NCBI GenBank assembly: GCA_964016885.1 | Contig: OZ024742.1 | Location: 20,460,001 to 20,524,000 of the forward strand | DNA: 64,000 nucleotides | Reading direction: 5' to 3' | DNA from: Eledone cirrhosa | Taxonomy: Eukaryota | Part shown: positions 35,521 through 48,800 of the stretch, piece after piece | Layout of the letters: each line of letters begins with the position of its first letter | Position numbering within the stretch: the stretch's first letter is position 1 | Position numbers and translations under genes: made by a program | The notes under the pieces: generated by a model | Seen by the model: only the letters and a program-made list of their open reading frames with translations | What the model was told of the DNA's origin: nothing | The model's database searches: none

Positions 35521-35969
35521 TAAATATATCCTTTGGAATCTAGCAGTAAATATGCGTCATTTTGTTGCTTTCTTCGTCGCCTACGTTATTCTATAGTATA
35601 AATATGGCTAAGCTTGATTAATTAATAAATATGAAAGGTAAATGAGAAACGTCACAGGTGATAAGTGAAATGAGTATCAAATCAATATATCATAATCTAT
35701 AAAGCTCAGTGTGTGGTCATGCTCCTTCATTATAGAAATCTACGATATAGAATTTCTTCAATTGAAATTTAAAATTCAGTATTCGAAATAGTTTCGATTG
35801 CGTCTTGACGCAGATAATTTTTTCAATTTCACCCACAATTACGCATAAAATAGATAAAACTCAATATTTTACGATTTTTCTCTCTCATTTAAACTGCTGA
35901 ACTCTTTCTACTACCATTCAAAATCTATACAACTTCATACTTTCTGCTACTTTCTCTTTCCAAGCTTGA

Positions 35970-36327
35970 TTACTAAACCTGCTAGAAACAGCAGCTAACT
36001 CTCCCCCATATCACACCACTCCCTACTGTCTTAAATTTAGAAAACACATATCCTCTATGAGGTTACTAAACCTGCTAGAAACAGCAGCTAACTCTCCCCC
36101 ATATCACACCCCTCCCTACTGTCTTAAATTTAGAAAACGTATCTTCTATGAGGTCACTAAACCTGCTAGAAACAGCAGCTAACTCTCCCCCATATCATAC
36201 CACTCCCTACTGTCTTAAATTTAGGCAACAAATATCCTCTATGAGGTCACTAAACCTGCTAGAAACAACAGCTAACTCTCCCTCATATCACAACCCTCCC
36301 TACTGTCTTAAATTTAGAAAACACACA
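35970..36327. repeat. ~92-bp tandem repeat, 4 copies
   Basis: ACTAAACCTGCTAGAAACAGCAGCTAACTCTCCC..TACTGTCTTAAATTTAG repeats at ~35970, 36063, 36154 and 36247. Confidence 0.9.
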
Positions 36328-36582
36328 GACAACCATGCAGAACAACTCCATCGCAGCTCTGTTGTTCGGCTGGCATCGTCTACGCGCGTGTTGCGCAAGT
36401 ACTGTGAAACAATAAATTTCAACACTTTTTTGCACAGAGATAATATCCATAGACGAAACTACAATTGTCACTGCTGGCGCAGCTCATGCTTCCAGGTCTG
36501 CAATTCATTCACCCAGTGCCTGGCAGACAAAAAAGTGCTGCCATAAAATGGGTGGTGCAACCTAACTTTGGTAACTCAATGA

Positions 36583-36611
36583 CCCCGAGCAACGCCGGGC
36601 TTTAATGCTAG
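36583..36611 (+). mobile_element. Helitron 3' terminus
   Basis: CCCGAGCAACGCCGGG hairpin followed by CTAG|T, similar to the terminus at 106-135. The 5' extent was not determined. Confidence 0.55.
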
Positions 36612-36825
36612 TATATCAATAAAAATACCTTGGGCTTCAGTGTATTTTGTATATATTAAACATAGAGCAAGTTATAAATATTACTTATATATACTTATAT
36701 ATGCGTAAATATATATGTATATATAAGTGTGTGAGCGTGTATGTGTATATATATATATATGTATATATGAGTGTGTGTGTGTGTGTATATTCATCACAAT
36801 AGATATGTATATACATCAATATATT

Positions 36826-36899
<74 letters not shown>

Positions 36900-36912
36900 C
36901 TGCGTGTGTGTA

Positions 36913-37050
36913 CAAAGAATGTGTGATAATACACCAGGTAGACCATGACGCACCAGAGTACTCGATACTTAGGGTAGTAGAGTGGGTAATAGGAAGAGAG
37001 ACAGAATCCCGACGGCTGAGCTCCGGCCGTTTCGACAGCTAGATCCGAAC
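36913..37050 (-). mobile_element. PLE pLTR fragment (family A)
   Basis: Aligns with 2227-2369. Confidence 0.6.
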
Positions 37051-37235
37051 TATGTATATATGTATGTATATACATAAATATATGTATGGATGGATGTATT
37101 TGTGAGTAAATAATAATAATATTAGAGTAATATTAATAATATTCGATTCGTCTGCAAGCAAAACACCTCATTACACCATGTGTGTTTTTTAGATGACTGA
37201 CGTCATCATTTTGTTCCAGTGGTAACATAGAGAAA

Positions 37236-37279
37236 ACAGTCTCCAATTGTTTCGGAGTTATTGCCCCTTATCGAGACTA
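37236..37279 (-). ncRNA. Degenerate hammerhead motif
   Basis: UAGUC-UCGAUAA-GGGG(CAAUAA)CUCC-GAAA-CAAUUGGA-GACUG. Core positions 4 and 16.1 are mutated. Confidence 0.4.
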
Positions 37280-37941
37280 TGTATCCACAATATATCCGAA
37301 ATTCAATTCCTACCTTAGACAGGACGGGAAACATCTCAAGTCTATCTATTGTCATAGCGAGTGTCTAAAAATTCTGAATCTCCTTGGCAATTATATACTG
37401 GCATATATAATTCTCTACATTTGATCTTTGTATACATAGTTTTATTTTTGATATATGTATATATACATATAGCGAATTGGTGAATAATGAAGCAATTTGC
37501 TTTAAGCACCCAACGTCATCTGTTTTCTTTTAAATGTAGTCCGTCTCGGAGTATATATACAATAATGATAAATGATAAATGCGAAGTTCAGTGTATATAT
37601 ATATATATATAATGTGTAAGTGTGTATGTATATACAAACATACATATGATCTTTGAAGTGTATTCCATTATGAAAAGAAAGGAATTAGATATGAAAGTAA
37701 GTTCCTCCAGGCATCAAGTAGAGACAGTATGTTAATGTATTATGAAGTGACTCGTAAGGGATTAATTGTGTTTCTTTCATTCAAGAATCCGACAGAGAAA
37801 TGGATATTTGCCAGTCAATTAATTAACATAATGATCTATAATTTATATAAGTAAGGAATTTAAATAGTTCCATTATACCCTGACAAATGCTTAACTCAAG
37901 ATAAGAGAATTAGCCCTCTAAACGTCACTTTTTGATATATT

Positions 37942-37992
<51 letters not shown>

Positions 37993-38046
37993 AAAAGAAT
38001 GAAATGAAATTTCATTTGTCACTGTTAGTACGCTGATACTTAAATA

Positions 38047-38620
38047 TAAGTATGTATACGTACATACATATATATATACAGACGTACAGTAGTATGTATA
38101 TATATATACATACATGCACACATATGTACGTATGGGTTTACCGAACATTTATTATAATGTTCGGTTTGTTTGTAAACAAACAGCCCGTATTAAGCCGTAT
38201 ATACTTTCCTTATGCATATTAACGGCTGAGCAGCCTAATTTGCATATCGAGTGAGTTAGTCGGCCGACTAACTCACTCGATATGCAAATTAGGCTGCTCT
38301 GCCGTTAATATGCATAAGGAAAGTATATACTTTCAAACGTTCAATCATCTGACAGGAAGGTATACAATGCTGACGATAGCTAATAAGCTTGAAACTAGTT
38401 CATCGTTCCTTTGTCAGTGTTGAACATAGGGCGACGATGGTTGCCGAACACTGTACGGCTTAATTCGGGTTGTTTGTTTACAAACAAACCGAACATTATA
38501 ATAAATGTTCTGTAAACCCATACGTATATATATATATATGTGTGTGCATGTATGTATATATATATATATATATACATACTACTGTACGTCTGTATACATA
38601 TATGTATGTACGTATACATA

Positions 38621-38627
<7 letters not shown>
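38047..38627. mobile_element. Nested palindromic PLE-type insertion
   Basis: Inner palindrome 38197-38330 centred on CGGCCG; outer arms 38047-38199 and 38454-38627; hammerhead in the unpaired segment. Confidence 0.6.
38365..38405 (+). ncRNA. Minimal type I hammerhead ribozyme
   Basis: CAAUG-CUGACGA-UAGC(UAAUAA)GCUU-GAAA-CUAGUU^-CAUCG, with a palindromic stem III (ACUAGU). Confidence 0.65.
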
Positions 38628-38691
<64 letters not shown>

Positions 38692-39117
38692 TCCAATCAG
38701 AAAAAGAAAACAAAAAACTGTGACATAAGACGAACACATAACTGTCTCTCTCTCTACCTCGTCAGCCACGTTTGAGCGTGCAATTTCATGCATTGAAGTG
38801 GGTTTGCAGTTATAATGCTAGTTGGCGCAGCAGATGGCAGAGCCGCTCTGTTGGTAAGATGGATGTAAGAGAATTATTTAAACAAAGAATATACTGAAAC
38901 TTTTACGATTGGCTTTCGACAGAAACAGATAAATACATAAAACATTACAACTAGATTTAAATATACACCAGACCTGTGACTGAATTAATGCAAAAAAAAA
39001 AACATTGTAAAATATTCGTGTTTGTGTGGGGGGCGGGGTTAGAAAATATCCGTAGGTGTGAAAAGTGAGAACGCAAAACAGTGCTTAATCAGGGATGAGA
39101 GCTGACATATTATATTA

Positions 39118-39318
39118 TTTATTTATATTCATACACGGAACAAAAGCGCAACCTTAGGTTTCAAGGCCCAATATTGACCATATCTCCAGAATATCTAAAC
39201 GCCTGAAAATTAGGTCCTAAATTTTATCCTTCTTACAATCTGGAGAAATGGTTAACATTGGGCCTTGAAATCTTAGGTAGCGCTTTTGTTCCGTGTATAA
39301 ACATAAATAGATAACATA
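39118..39318. mobile_element. Inverted-repeat PLE relic with hammerhead-like motif
   Basis: Arms ~39118-39190 and 39239-39309. CGC-CUGAAAA(39203)..AGGUCC/GGGCCU..GAAA-UCUUAGGUA^-GCG. Confidence 0.5.
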
Positions 39319-39327
39319 TATATATTT

Positions 39328-40151
39328 GGTGTATTTTTTCTCAATCTGTTAGTTCTTTCGTCACTTTGGTATTGTGTGTTAGATTTTGCCTACCACAATG
39401 TTCAATTTGTCAAGCTATTTAAACGTATGTTATTACTCTAAGGACCTACCTTGTCGAGTGCTTTGCTAACTCATTCATATGGTAGGTCGAATTTGCTTGC
39501 ACACCGCCAAAGATTCGATTTTACTAAGCATCCAATTATATTATTTTCTCCTAGATTTAATAATTAACTAATTAATTTAATTAGAAAATTCTGTTGATTG
39601 GTTAATTATTTGTGTTTGTTTAATAACATCTGGTCGAGAGCTTATTCTGAAAGTTAGTGGGAATTATAATATTTCCCTTGTCTAACATTTTGAATGACCC
39701 GCCAAAAACCGGGGGTTATTTCCCTTGCTGGAAATAACACGTGACAACTAAATATACGATTAGCTGCTACTAGCGGCAATATTTAGCATCTCGCCCCGTT
39801 CTTTGGTAGAACGAAAACCTGTTAATGAATTGAATCCTCTGTTCGATCATGAATACCACGAGCTTGCCAGTTACGGAAGTCTGATATTTGATTTCGGATT
39901 CATAGAAACACTTTAAACGTATAACGTTTGATTTGTCCAGGTGTATTTTTCTCAACCTGTTAGTTCTTTCGTTACTGTGGTATTGTGTGTTATATTTTGC
40001 CTACCACAATGTTCAATTTGTCAAGCTATTTAAACGTATGTTATTACTCTAAGGACCTACCTTGTCGAGTGCTTTGCTAACTCATTCATATGGTAGGTCG
40101 AATTTGCTTGCACACCGCCAAAGATCCGATTTTACTAAGCATCCAATTATA
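39328..40151. repeat. Two ~212-bp direct repeats about 612 bp apart
   Basis: 39328-39541 is nearly identical to 39940-40151. Confidence 0.85.
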
Positions 40152-40279
<128 letters not shown>

Positions 40280-40295
40280 GAGAGAGAGATAATAT

Positions 40296-40363
40296 CTCTG
40301 TCTGATGAACGATCCAGACGTATATTAATATTGTCTAGGATCCAAAAACCTTTGGTAATGGAG
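40296..40363 (+). ncRNA. Hammerhead motif with G12 mutated
   Basis: CUCUGU-CUGAUGA..GAUCC-AGAC..GUCU-A-GGAUC..AAAA-CC(UUU)GGUA^-AUGGAG. Confidence 0.5.
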
Positions 40364-40459
40364 TAGTTGTTATATATTGTGTTGTTCACTTTCTAATTAA
40401 ATAGCTCTGTTCTATACATAGAGCACTCTTTTTTTCCTTTGCTTTTGTTTGGAATTACC

Positions 40460-40529
<70 letters not shown>

Positions 40530-40721
40530 CAATCGTTGTAGCCGCAATATAGCGGATACTAATCGGATTGTATATATAAGTGAAGCAATTGTGAAAGGAA
40601 TTAGAGACCCTGAGAATAGATCCTAGCGATACAGGCATTACACCATCTCTTGGTTTCTTCACAGCACGATACATCACAAAAATAATCTTGCTGTTTTGAT
40701 CCCCGTTCAGGAACCGTAGTG

Positions 40722-40802
<81 letters not shown>

Positions 40803-41064
40803 AGATTAGTGGTAGGTTGGCTCCATACATATTCCTGAGGTAATTCTTACCATTGTGTTCTGTTGTGGCTAGTTTATTGGAAAAACCATTATTGTTACAT
40901 AGGAGATTTTCGGCGTTCAAATTGGTTGTTGTTGGTGTTATTGTTGACAGTCAGATACAAGAGAATGTTACTGTTTGCTGTGGCACTGAGAATCAGACCA
41001 TTTCCATTAATAAATATGGATGGATGTATGATTGCATGGCTGTATGCATGTAATGAGTGTATGC

Positions 41065-41138
<74 letters not shown>

Positions 41139-41201
41139 TTATATATATATGAAATACTGTTGGCTTCTTGCTCACAATAATTTCTATATTTTCATTTATA
41201 T

Positions 41202-41273
<72 letters not shown>

Positions 41274-41310
41274 TTTATATAGAAATGGCTTCTACAGGAC
41301 TAGGGCAGAG

Positions 41311-41346
<36 letters not shown>

Positions 41347-41513
41347 TATGTATGTGCGCACGTATATTTATACAAATACAACCAGCCACACACTCACACA
41401 AATATATATATATACACACACACACACACATATGTGTGTGTGGCTGGATGTATTTGTATGTATGTGTGTGTACACATACATATATATACATATAACTATA
41501 TACATGTATATAT

Positions 41514-41552
<39 letters not shown>

Positions 41553-41677
41553 CATATATGAGTATATTACATATATATATTTATATATATATATATATTA
41601 CATATATGAGTATATTACATATATATATATATATATATAAATACATACATGTATATATATATAATATATATATAAAT

Positions 41678-41742
<65 letters not shown>

Positions 41743-42200
41743 CTATAAATATATATATATATATAAATACTATATATATATATATATATAAATACATATA
41801 TATATATATAAATACATATATATATATATATATATAAATACATATATATATATATATATAAATACATATATATATATATAAATACATATATATATATATA
41901 TATAAATACATATATATATATATAAATACATATATATATATATATATAAATACATATATATATATATAAATACATATATATATATATATAAATACATATA
42001 TATATATATAAATACATATATATATATATATATAAACATATATATATATATATATAAAAATATATATATATATATATAAATACATATATATATATATAAA
42101 AACATATATATATATATATATAAAAACATATATATATATATATATATAAATACATATATATATATATATAAATATATATATATAGATATAGATATATATG

Positions 42201-42237
<37 letters not shown>

Positions 42238-42388
42238 TAACCAGTACAAGGCTGTAGTATGAGAATCGGAAGAGTGATAATGAAAAACAAAGTTAAGAGA
42301 AAACAAGATATTCTTGGCAACAACTTTTATGGATATTTTTGCTCCACTTCTTATCTCATGTTTTTTCCTTGTATTCTTTTGATCCATT

Positions 42389-42425
42389 ATAACTACTACT
42401 ACTACTACTACTACTACTACTGCTG

Positions 42426-42469
<44 letters not shown>

Positions 42470-42551
42470 ACTACTGCTACTGCTGCTGCTGCTGCTGCTA
42501 ATGCTGCTACTACTGCTACTGCTGCTGCTGCTGCTGCTGCTACTAATGCTG

Positions 42552-42583
<32 letters not shown>

Positions 42584-42671
42584 GCTACTGCTGCTGCTGC
42601 TGCTGCTACTACTACTAATGCTGCTGCTACTACTACTAATGCTGCTGCTACTACTACTACTACTATTACTA

Positions 42672-42715
<44 letters not shown>

Positions 42716-42746
42716 ACTACTACTAATGCTGCTGCTGCTATAACTA

Positions 42747-42787
<41 letters not shown>

Positions 42788-42836
42788 ACTACTACTACTA
42801 ATGCTGCTACTACTACTATTACTACTGCTGCTACTG

Positions 42837-42880
<44 letters not shown>

Positions 42881-43533
42881 ACTACTACTAATGCTGCTAC
42901 TACTACTACTACTACCACTATTACTGCTGCTGCTACTACTACTGCTGCTGCTACTACTACTACTACTGCTGCTGCTGCTACTTCTACTACTACTGCTGCT
43001 GCTGCTGCTGCTACTTCTACTACTACTTCTACTGCTGCTGCTGCTGCTGCTGCTACTACTGCTGCTGCTGCTGCTGCTGCTATTACTACTACTACTACTA
43101 CTAGTACTACTAATATTACTACTGCTGCTGCTGCAGCTACTACTGCTTCTACTGTTCCACTGCAAACATCACCACCAATACTACCACCACCAAAACCACC
43201 ACGGCTACTATCAGTACTACAAACCACCACTACCACCACCACCACCACTATTACTACACTTAACAGTACCACCACCACTACCACCACCACTACCACTACC
43301 ACCACCACTATTACTAAAATTAACAGTACCACCACCACTACCACCACCACTACCACTACCAACACCACCACCACTACCACCACCACTACCACCACCACCA
43401 CCACTACTACTACAATTAAAAGTACCACCACTACCACCACCACTACCACCACCACTACCACTACCAACACTACCACCACTACCACCACCACTACCACCAC
43501 CACTACCACTACCACCACCACTACTACTACTAG
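42389..43533. repeat. (CTA/CTG)n then (CCA/CTA)n trinucleotide mosaic
   Basis: Direct reading. Confidence 0.88.
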
Positions 43534-43863
43534 TATATGCCGGAATCCAGAGTGTTTGGCGGCGATTTCGGAATTTTTATATTCCCAATTCAAAACTAAG
43601 GTTTTTTTTATTTTGTATTCTTTCCAGAAATATTCTTGAGTTGTCAAGTAAAAACTGACAAAAATAGAATACTGTATGTGTGTATATATGGTTGTATGTG
43701 TGCATGTATTTATGTATATGAGTGTGGGCGTTATATGCATGTATGTGTATATATGCATGTATGTGTTTACATAGTTATGCATATATTTATGTGTGTATAT
43801 ATGTGTGCAATATATATAGATAGATATATATGTATGGATATATGGATATATGTCTATATATAG

Positions 43864-43923
<60 letters not shown>

Positions 43924-45862
43924 GCGTCAATGTATGTATGCATTTGTGCTTGCATTTATGTATGTATTTCTATGCATTTATGTATACAAATGCATGCACT
44001 TTTCTGTATCTAGGTCGTTTGCGCATATATATATATATATATACACGTGTTTGTCTTCAATCCATGGGAAATAAACTTGTTTAAACTTGTTTGTGTACGT
44101 GTATGTATGTATGTATTTGTGTATATATATGTATTTGTAAATGTATGCATGTCTGTATACAGATGTATACACTTTTCTGTGTTTAGGATGTTTAGGACTT
44201 TTGCGCATATACAGATATCTATATACGTATGCGTGGGTGAGGGAGAGAGTGTTTGTTTTGTGTGTTTGTGTAAATTATGAGAAATACACGTGTTTCAACA
44301 TGTGTGATATAAGCCTCCAGGGTTAATGATTACTTCAAAAGTATTTGAACCAGTTAGATCAACAGCTCATATGTCACTAATGCGGTTCTTAGAACACCGC
44401 CATCACACCTTCATAATTTCCTTCATCTATATATATAGAAAAATAGATATATTTATAACATTGATCACCGATTGCCTTAACTTGAACCCAATTATGTCTG
44501 CACCAAATCAATGATACTCACGAACTCAAACAAACACAATCCATAAAGCTACACTCACCCCCATTCACCAGAAACTTACCAGAATAGATATAGAATAAAT
44601 ACCTGTCACATTCTTCAAAACCATAGCCAAACACACCTTCAATAACAACGTACCTACACCAATTACTGGTACAGAGGTGATGGACATCATCCGGCTTCAG
44701 CCGTTGTATTGCCTGGTTTCTGATTTATTCCTAGGCCAAACAACTTCACTTAATAAAAAAAAATGTGCCTAGGTGGTGAAACCGCAGTAAGGTCCGTTGC
44801 TGCTGTCACAAAAAGACAAGTGAAGGCGTTGGTTTCGTGGTGGGGGTAAACATCGGAAGTGTAAGTGTGGTGGAGTGTAATGTTTCTCTCCCTTTGTCAC
44901 TAAGCAATTATCTGCCCCTTTTTTTTCTATCTACCATACAGTTAATTAGAAACATAATTCTGTCTCATCGGTATATCTAAAGATTTTGTTGACTGACATT
45001 AAATAAAACTGTATTTGGATATTTCCACCATATTTATGCCTGACTGAACAGTCTAAGACATTTCCAAGAAAACGACCAGCCATTAATTTATAACATGCCA
45101 TTTCCTTCCACCAATCAGCATTCCTGTATCATTTTGTTCGGAGACTAATTAGCCATGATCTTGTAGCGGGACTGTAGAATATTGCTGTTAGCTTTCCTTT
45201 TAAATGGAAGAATTTGCTTGGAGACTAATTAATAGTGACAAACTGTTGAATCTGTTGTAGAATGACATCAATTCTTGGTCATGCCAGCAGCAAGTATTCA
45301 GAAATTTATCATATATCACAATATAACAAGTTTAACCCTCACTGATCATTTCAGCCAAAAAATTGCTGAATTTAATGAAAACTACAACTCAACATTGGCT
45401 TTCTGTAAAAGTAAATGTTTTAAAAGACCAATACTATTTTTATGTCTTCCAATAAAGTGACATGTTGGCAGAGTTTAAATTCTGGATAGAATGGTTTGTG
45501 ATAATCTTCTCGGTTCTCTGCCATTTCAGTTTAAACCCCACACAAGTCAATTATGTCTTTCATCTTTTAGGTGTCGATAAATAAATTAACAATCAAATAC
45601 AGGGGTTGATTGTTCTCTCTCTCTCTCTCTACCTATCTATCTCTATCTCTATCTCACACACACTCTTACTCTCTCTTTGTCTCTCATCTCTCCCCCCTCT
45701 CTCTCTCTCTCGTTCTTTCTCTCACTCTCCCTCTTGTTATTTCTCTCTCTCATTCTTGTTCATTCTCTCTCTCTCATTCTCTCACTCTGTCTCGTTCTTT
45801 CTCTCTCTCTACCTCTTGTACTTTCTCTCTCTCCTTCTTGTTCATTCTCCCTCTCTCTCCAG

Positions 45863-48800
45863 AATACAAAGCCATTTAAATACTGGTGATGGTAGTACTG
45901 GTGGTGGTAATACTGGTGGTGATAATAGTTACGATGGTAGTACTGGTGGTGGTAATACTGGTGATGATAATAGTGACGATGGTAGTACTGGTGGTGGTAA
46001 TACTGGTGGTGATAATAGTGACGATGGTAGTACTGGTGGTGGTAATACTGGTGGTGGTAGTACTGGTGGTGGTAATAGTGACGATGGTAGTACTGGTGGT
46101 GGTAATACTGGTGGTAGTAATACTGGTGGTGGTAGTACTGGTGGTGGTAATAGTGACGATGGTAGTACTGGTGGTAGTAATACTGGTGGTGATAATAGTG
46201 ACGATGGTAGTACTGGTGGTGGTAATACTGGTGGTGGTAATAGTGACGATGGTAGTACTAGTGGTGGTAATACTGGTGGTGGTAGTACTGGTGGTGGTAA
46301 TAGTGACGATGGTAGTACTGGTGGTGGTAATACTGGTGGTAGTAATACTGGTGGTGGTAGTAGTGACGATGGTAGTACTGGTGGTGGTAATACTGGTGGT
46401 AGTAATACTGGTGGTGGTAGTACTGGTGGTGGTAATAGTGACGATGGTAGTACTGGTGGTGGTAGTAGTGACGATGGTAGTACTGGTGGTGGTAATACTG
46501 GTGGTAGTAATACTGGTGGTGGTAGTACTGGTGGTGGTAATAGTGACGATGGTAGTACTGGTGGTAGTAATACTGGTGGTGGTAATACTGGTGGTGGTAA
46601 TAGTGACGATGGTAGTACTGGTGGTAGTAATACTGGTGGTGGTAATACTGGTGGTAGTAATACTGGTGGTGGTAGTACTGGTGGTGGTAATAGTGACGAT
46701 GGTAGTACTGGTGGTGGTAGTAGTGACGATGGTAGTACTGGTGGTGGTAATACTGGTGGTAGTAATACTGGTGGTGGTAGTACTGGTGGTGGTAATAGTG
46801 ACGATGGTAGTACTGGTGGTAGTAATACTGGTGGTGGTAATACTGGTGGTGGTAATAGTGACGATGGTAGTACTGGTGGTAGTAATACTGGTGGTGGTAA
46901 TACTGGTGGTAGTAATACTTGTGGTGGTAGTACTGGTGGTGGTAATAGTGACGATGGTAGTACTGGTGGTGGTAGTAGTGACGATGGTAGTACTGGTGGT
47001 GGTAATACTGGTGGTGATAATAGTGACGATGGTAGTACTGTTGGTAGTAATACTGGTGGTGGTAGTACTGGTGGTGGTAATACTGGTGGTGGTAATAGTG
47101 GTGGTGGTAATACTGGTGGTGGTAATAGTGACGATGGTAGTACTGGTGGTAGTAATACTGGTGGTGGTAATACTGGTGGTAGTAATACTGGTGGTGGTAG
47201 TACTGGTGGTGGTAATAGTGACGATGGTAGTACTGGTGGTGGTAGTAGTGACGATGGTAGTACTGGTGGTGGTAATACTGGTGGTGATAATAGTGACGAT
47301 GGTAGTACTGTTGGTAGTAATACTGGTGGTGGTAGTACTGGTGGTGGTAATACTGGTGGTGGTAATAGTGGTGGTGGTAATACTGGTGGTGGTAATAGTG
47401 ACGATGGTAGTACTGGTGGTAATAATACTGGTGGTGATAATAGTGACGATGGTAGTACTGGTGGTGGTAATACTGGTGGTGGTAATAGTGACGATGGTAG
47501 TACTAGTGGTGGTAATACTGGTGGTGGTAGTACTGGTGGTGGTAATAGTGACGATGGTAGTACTGGTGGTGGTAATACTGGTGGTAGTAATACTGGTGGT
47601 GGTAGTACTGGTGGTGGTAATAGTGACGATGGTAGTACTGGTGGTGGTAGTACTGGTGGTAGTAATACTGGTGGTGGTAATACTGGTGGTGGTAATAGTG
47701 ACGATGGTAGTACTGGTGGTGGTAATACTGGTGGTAGTAATACTGGTGGTGGTAGTACTGGTGGTGGTAATAGTGACGATGGTAGTACTGGTGGTGGTAA
47801 TACTGGTGGTAGTAATACTGGTGGTGGTAGTACTGGTGGTGGTAATAGTGACGATGGTAGTACTGGTGGTAGTAATACTGGTGGTGGTAATACTGGTGGT
47901 GGTAATAGTGACGATGGTAGTACTGGTGGTAGTAATACTGGTGGTAGTAATAGTGACGATGGTAGTACTGGTGGTGGTAATACTGGTGGTGATAATAGTG
48001 ACGATGGTAGTACTGGTGGTAGTAATACTGGTGGTGATAATACTGGTGATGGTAGTATTGGTGGTAGTAATACTGGTGGTAGTAATACTGGTGGTGATAA
48101 TAGTGACGATGGTAGTACTGGTGGTGGTAATACTGGTGGTGATAATAGTGACGATGGTAGTACTGGTGGTGGTAATACTGGTGGTGATAATAGTGACGAT
48201 GGTAGTACTGGTGGTAGTAATACTGGTGGTGATAATACTGGTGATGGTAGTATTGGTGGTAGTAATACTGGTGGTAGTAATACTGGTGGTGATAATAGTG
48301 ACGATGGTAGTACTGGTGGTGGTAATACTGGTGGTGATAATACTGGTGATGGTAGTATTGGTGGTAGTAATACTGGTGGTGGTAGTACTGGTGGTGATAA
48401 TAGTGACGATGGTAGTACTGGTGGTAGTAATACTGGTGGTGATAATAGTGACGATGGTAGTACTGGTGGTAGTAATACTGGTGGTGATAATAGTGACGAT
48501 GGTAGTACTGGTGGTAGTAATACTGGTGGTGGTAGTACTGGTGGTAGTAATACTGGGGGTGGTAATAGTGACGATGGTAGTACTGGTGGTAGTAATACTG
48601 GTGGTGGTAATAGTGACGATGGTAGTACTGGTGGTAGTAATACTGGTGGTGGTAGTACTGGTGGTAGTAATACTGCTGGTGGTAATAGTGACGATGGTAG
48701 TACTGGTGGTGGTAATACTGGTGGTGGTAGTAGTGACGATGGTAGTACTGGTGGTAGTAATACTGGTGGTAGTAATACTGGTGGTGGTAATGGTGACGAT

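Noticed and set aside
34735-35523. Gly/Asp-rich 262-aa ORF as part of the giant Gly-rich gene
   Set aside because: It begins inside an RTE relic, is an irregular GAT/GGT tract without modular grammar, and has no convincing acceptor.
41770-43782. Poly-Val/Ala, poly-Ser and poly-Leu ORFs
   Set aside because: A trinucleotide mosaic running into dinucleotide repeats, with no unique coding flanks.
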